From positions 32,001 to 96,000 of the IMG/VR virus record IMGVR_UViG_3300028886_000066: a DNA stretch of 64,000 nt, one strand, 5' to 3'. Position 1 is the stretch's first letter, and every line of letters begins with the position of its first letter. The notes below the pieces were generated by a model, which was not told the origin of the DNA, made no database searches, and saw only the letters and a program-made list of their open reading frames with translations. Shown piece after piece: positions 61,701 through 64,000 of this stretch. This stretch comes from a virus. Lineage: Duplodnaviria > Caudoviricetes. The position numbers and the translations under genes are program-made.

Positions 61701-61849
61701 GTGATGACAAAATGCCAAATACTTACCTTACGATGAACAACTACACGATAGTGTCAGGCTCAAATAACACATACAAGTCTATAAGCAGCGGAAAGAACGG
61801 AGTGTTCTATGCTACGGCAGACAGGTGGGAATTTTTAGGCGAATTTTAA
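55724..61849 (+). CDS. Tail tip/hub and fibre protein (~2040 aa)
   Basis: YGKGNGL...TRLFAYGSTENMP hub motif; collagen-like GxxGDK repeats; CBM-like KLETG module. Confidence 0.8.
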   Translation: MSKKVDIKRGSTVVAVGEGLEYHGEWMQHGYVTVTVKSAVKIDFQVGDYVEYRGERFYLWSDENLKKQARSGSHGEAFVYENLKLMDATAALEQVSMHDFVLGGSGNAESYSSLGRFSFFGGSVDDLADRIQANLLRQVPAIGGTEFAFRVFTPSLSRTLQRLGGGDDSSDGGDSSDADASDTVTDDWEAYYDGDEATGKSDVTVGISDETLWGALARCYNDFELPFYVHGTDIVIGGKAVEVGQMFAYGKGNGLKDIERMADQEQRIVTRLFAYGSTENMPLNYYGNVFKTAYVTGTADIYNSSYYFLKTGILFEAVKDALGWSAEAWRQVVMIGNYAKVPITVSISTALDPNNGYSDSGAYICAYEESEHTYLALLTTQAVTSHVTAQTKVYILEGADLNKWPSSLTETAAGYAAGMAIQNLMLPGFPTQTLADWVSHRHEYMADDGKKNAWLARKVNYDFSEDAKNPWIQSKAGVAKYGVREGEVYFDGSNDRDEIKPTIENTSYGYAKGVTGISDNGWVTEGGNFKLAVYDDQTKFWDAVFKTRTGDKMPITMTSGYHNGREFEVSKVTYNEGSDFAVLEIARVKDERERFVPNTEELIALDDTFIATGIQLPDTYIAEASEVLFDAALDALDEADHATYTHTPHIDEIFMARERDEAAANETVSLHDTIRPGMVLEWQDVELGNVSSVIDSLTIKDDGNNGIPTYEVVLRNEKEKTLAQMIGAEIKKSSSGGSGRGEKPTAPSAASIIEAASGAFLSKTEDDTAQGTITFAAGVAFGDGSTGIDDNGDATLHDVTASGDLEVTGDAEVGGDLDVTGTTNGTDAIFENLTVTKAAHFFKLIIDEVKATQGQVIITAANAKLDKVVEVTGGWKCYFRSSDADGNEISNTFAANDLVLCQTFNAKKGVSEQVDNRFYWRKCTAVGSESQTVDGQAVDYHYIVLSSSVEDSNSNADPQAGDEVVQLGNDTDTTRRAAIIISAYNNTYLDPEIAAPSIVQYDGIDKFSLSGFRKNVISKNLNSFTGTFYVSGNTTVTDLIEEIELTPGPQGEKGDKGDKGDKGDDGDDGSTIRSVQVFKLCANQPVTPTGSDVPPTGWSLSPTELTDFYDGTGVHAGWREVSGNQQNSIFKKERYWFTTNDANQVLTIELMASSENTYDYIQVGALDTSVDSRPSRVAERSATGTYGTVTTVEITVATVGTHFVDIVYTKDGSQYSGEDKGWYRATLGGVVMNTQYEWTSFATIVDGELSGTWSTPYRWSPIDGTNGKDAHDANPNILLRTVFESGLDAVKEAWTAPENGGWDNINIPASPMIGGRNCVEIDASEAGSYVDLRQNVVARLQPSTWYTLSFYCYADGLFHTYIYSGDGSHPSVDTSAGCYVDGVFNSSIGTDGAHQWAAEADGARHTFTFKTASSFTTNSAEIIFRALTGVTLDVCMPKLETGKDATPYMPNEQDLQGKNGQQGQNGTDAEFYKLVPLNEAAVVTINGTLGVVAQYNIAHIVGSTSELITPDDDGYHIQIIPNVSTGVSISYTYDSILKIVEYKNTQYMTNWHTAAANARPSYFTVKLVDGNNTPVSGEERQIAVTFAVDASFAINSKTGEIELKAQGNADNIAKIEMTVGQQSIVNMEYVTIDYSYSDSQDAKSTAWEKGYWNNYGNYVSADNCICSAQNPYFIGETNGFVVNGYHAAFAILEIDNTGVTPKQYVLRYTVPQNYTVKAYIMSYVYKNNSWARDKRVSEVNGNGGMVIITPTTGKIRFKVFFEATGKDIGANATAISEALSELQPHFGSITLSNSLIQQTGAQIRFRVEECGIDITNKKILAKTDNFEIQNISGQKTFGIDDDGNLETLGNASIGGTVRAKNFFRSLAVVSEYSSSLQPRIVVIDINGNQNKWVYFKNNVVSGGVTIFAQHSYHTFEEIAEIDPDYSVDDEAGDCVVCTYDAEEVFVTYNANGNPNEQRVVLPRSCDFVGKVVTVRNVIGAAVVNAFSVKVMACDDKMPNTYLTMNNYTIVSGSNNTYKSISSGKNGVFYATADRWEFLGEF
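58865..58930 (+). repeat. Collagen-like Gly-X-Y repeat
   Basis: GPQGEKGDKGDKGDKGDDGDDG. Confidence 0.8.
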
Positions 61850-61865
61850 ACAAAACAAGTAAGAT

Positions 61866-62969
61866 ATGGGATGCGAAAGGTATAATAACTACGGTCACGG
61901 CGAACTACTGAGCTGGGTAGAGGGAAACGACGTTTTCCTGAAGGCGAGGGTGTATGAGAAGGTGGTGACGGAGCAGGATTCCTCTTCTTCGGAGGGGGAT
62001 GAACCTGCGGGAAATGCCGCAGGAACGGTTGAAGAGCGGGCGGTGGACTTGACGGCGTTCGATGACGTTGAGGTGGAACTGGTGAAGTCATTTGGAACAC
62101 GGACGGACATCGAGACGGCGATTGACCAGACGGAAGATAACTGCCTTGTGGTGCACTGTCCGCATACGTTGGAGAGCGGCGAGTATGCGCTGGAGATTCG
62201 GCTGATGAAGGACGGACTGCAAGCGCGTTCGTTCGACGTTCAGTTCACCGTGGTTCAGACGGACTGTAAGGCACAGACGACGTTCGAGGTGATTGACGGG
62301 TGTCGGTCGGCTTCGCTGAGGGTGACGTTACAGGTCGTCAGCCAGGCATTGGTACGCGGCAAGTCGGCGTATGAGCTTTGGAAGGAGCTGCCGGGGAATG
62401 AGGACAAGGGATTGCAGGATTTCATCGACGAGGTGCTGGACTTGAATACGATTGCAACAAGGGCGGCGACTGCTGCCGAGACGGCTGAGCAGGCGGCAGT
62501 CAACGCGAACGAGAAGGCAGCACTTGCTAACGAGAAAGCGGGGCTGGCGAATGAGAAGGCGGCTTTGGCTGACGAGAAGGCTGGACTTGCCGAAGAAAAG
62601 GCAGGGCTGGCGAATGAGAAAGCCGCATTGGCAGCAGAGAAAGCAGGCTTGGCAAACGAGAAAGCCGGGTTGGCGGCATCGGCTGCGGTGCTGGCCAACG
62701 AGAAGGCAGCACTTGCGAATGAAAAAGCGGGGCTGGCTGAACAGAAGGCTACAGAGGCTGGGAACGTGAACGCTTCGCTATCAGGAACGATACTGACGGT
62801 GACGAACAAATACGGAGAGTCGGAGAGCGTCGACGTGAAAGACCAGATGATGCTCTTTGAGGTGGATGACGATATGCAGCTATCGGTGACGAAGGCTGAC
62901 GACTCGACGGTGGTGTTCGGACTGGAGAACGGCTACCTGACGGTGGACGATACAGACAACGGTAATTAA
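61866..62969 (+). CDS. Baseplate/fibre-associated protein with coiled-coil repeat
   Basis: GKSAYELW motif; internal DSSSSE; ANEKAGL heptads. Confidence 0.65.
   Translation: MGCERYNNYGHGELLSWVEGNDVFLKARVYEKVVTEQDSSSSEGDEPAGNAAGTVEERAVDLTAFDDVEVELVKSFGTRTDIETAIDQTEDNCLVVHCPHTLESGEYALEIRLMKDGLQARSFDVQFTVVQTDCKAQTTFEVIDGCRSASLRVTLQVVSQALVRGKSAYELWKELPGNEDKGLQDFIDEVLDLNTIATRAATAAETAEQAAVNANEKAALANEKAGLANEKAALADEKAGLAEEKAGLANEKAALAAEKAGLANEKAGLAASAAVLANEKAALANEKAGLAEQKATEAGNVNASLSGTILTVTNKYGESESVDVKDQMMLFEVDDDMQLSVTKADDSTVVFGLENGYLTVDDTDNGN
62505..62750 (+). repeat. 21-nt tandem repeat encoding A(N/D/E)EKA(G/A)L heptads
   Basis: About 11 degenerate copies. Confidence 0.85.
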
Positions 62970-62983
62970 AAACGATAGATATT

Positions 62984-63454
62984 ATGGGTAGAACGAAAAC
63001 GATTATTGGTAAGGTCGGGCTGACACCGAAAGGGGCCTATCAGGCAGGGACGGTGTACGACAAGCTGGACGTGGTGACGCTGAACGGCGTGATGTACGTG
63101 TCGTTGGTGGCGGCGAACAGTAGTCTGCCGACGGATGCGTCGAAATGGATGCCGCAGAGTTGCAGGGAGGAAATCATCGACTACGACACAGAGACAGCGG
63201 AGATTCCTTCGGATGCACTGAACCGCTGGGGCGAGGTGACGGAACTGACGATCACACTGGCACAGGGTGACAACACGAAGGTGGAAGAGTATCGGCTGGA
63301 GTTTACGGTGAGCGGCGACAGCTTTGCGTTCCATTGCGAGGGCATCAGATGGATGAATGACGAGGAGCCAGACTGGAAAGACGGTTATACTTATCAAGTT
63401 AGCATTCTTAACGGCCTTGCTGTATATGGAGAGTGGGAGGCTCTTAATGTATGA
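62984..63454 (+). CDS. Tail-associated protein
   Basis: PKGAYQAGTVYDKLDVV...W small carbohydrate-binding-like N-terminus. Confidence 0.65.
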   Translation: MGRTKTIIGKVGLTPKGAYQAGTVYDKLDVVTLNGVMYVSLVAANSSLPTDASKWMPQSCREEIIDYDTETAEIPSDALNRWGEVTELTITLAQGDNTKVEEYRLEFTVSGDSFAFHCEGIRWMNDEEPDWKDGYTYQVSILNGLAVYGEWEALNV

Positions 63455-63555
63455 GTGAGTTTAGACGGAGATTGCTGATGATGGCGCAGGCTATCGGGAA
63501 GTATTTTGACGGATGGTTTCGCTCGGACGGGTGGTTTCGCTCGGACGGGTGGTAG
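63451..63555 (+). CDS. 34-aa peptide with (DGWFRS) repeats (not in ORF track)
   Basis: ATGA-coupled MSEFRRRLLMMAQAIGKYFDGWFRSDGWFRSDGW. Confidence 0.55.
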   Translation: MSEFRRRLLMMAQAIGKYFDGWFRSDGWFRSDGW

Positions 63556-63612
63556 CGCTTGGAAGTGAAGAGTGAAGAGTTAAGAGTTAAGAAATAATTA
63601 AAAGACAAGGAT

Positions 63613-64000
63613 ATGGCAAAAAGGATTATCATTAAGAACCCGCAAGGGTTTTCCTTCGGGTCGGACTGGGGCGGCGTGAACAACACGGGTGCAACAGTGA
63701 ATATCTACGGCACGGACATTCCCGACGGTGCGGAATGGGCCGTTGAGAAGGGCGCCGTGGAAGAGGTGGTGAAGCAGGCTACCAACGGTCGCGTTGGCTG
63801 CATCCGCATTGTAGAGAGTCAGGGCGGCATCGGTAACACGCTGCTGGGCTTCAAGGACAAAGCGGACTGGTTGACATGGAACGCATTGTCGGCGGCTGAC
63901 AAGTGGGGAACTGTGGGACAGGCTCTCATTGTGACACAACAGTCGATGCCGTTTGAGTCGAGCGACACGCGCTCGGTGCGGCTGACACTACAGTCCACAC
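63613..64000 (+). CDS. Tail-region protein, 3'-truncated by window
   Basis: MAKRIIIKNPQ...; frame open to window edge. Confidence 0.65.
   Translation, partial: MAKRIIIKNPQGFSFGSDWGGVNNTGATVNIYGTDIPDGAEWAVEKGAVEEVVKQATNGRVGCIRIVESQGGIGNTLLGFKDKADWLTWNALSAADKWGTVGQALIVTQQSMPFESSDTRSVRLTLQST

Noticed and set aside
55724-64000. Diversity-generating retroelement or tail shufflon
   Set aside because: No reverse transcriptase, TR/VR pair or invertible repeats visible in this window.
1-64000. Alternative genetic code
   Set aside because: Long genes read through in the standard code, and TAA, TAG and TGA all end genes.
1-64000. tRNA or rRNA genes
   Set aside because: No cloverleaf or T-loop/CCA pattern recognised by eye; tRNAscan-SE would settle it.

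Overview
The whole window reads as part of a large tailed-phage genome with a long non-contractile tail. The host is probably Bacteroidales (Prevotella-like), inferred from TAnnTTTG promoters and A-rich leaders without Shine-Dalgarno sites. Layout: (1) 1-4.3 kb: two DNA methyltransferases and a ~600-nt promoter-driven structured non-coding stretch. (2) 4.5-22.6 kb: one leftward 'early' arm with an arm-less tyrosine recombinase, a soluble FtsK, a ddrB-ParB-like protein and ~35 tiny ORFs. Most of these ORFs carry a conserved leader, and many have an intergenic hairpin with a conserved hexaloop. The arm also holds a T-depleted, polarised GGGCAG-rich non-coding tract. (3) A divergence point at ~22.9 kb followed by an SF3 primase-helicase. 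(4) A leftward packaging block: intein-containing TerL, a portal with an in-frame TAA near its 5' end, an HNH gene and a gpF-like gene. (5) Rightward head, neck and tail genes, an accessory cassette, a 2570-aa tape measure and tail-tip genes. The strongest candidate novel systems are: a Stealth-DUF4422-glycosyltransferase fusion inside the tail operon, paired with Ser-rich '-SSSE' tags on capsid and tail tube (putative virion phosphoglycosylation); the repeat-punctuated early micro-gene array; and a late-promoter box exactly 68 bp upstream of four -7 elements, one of which drives the putative ncRNA. All calls are from motif recognition by eye; no searches were run.
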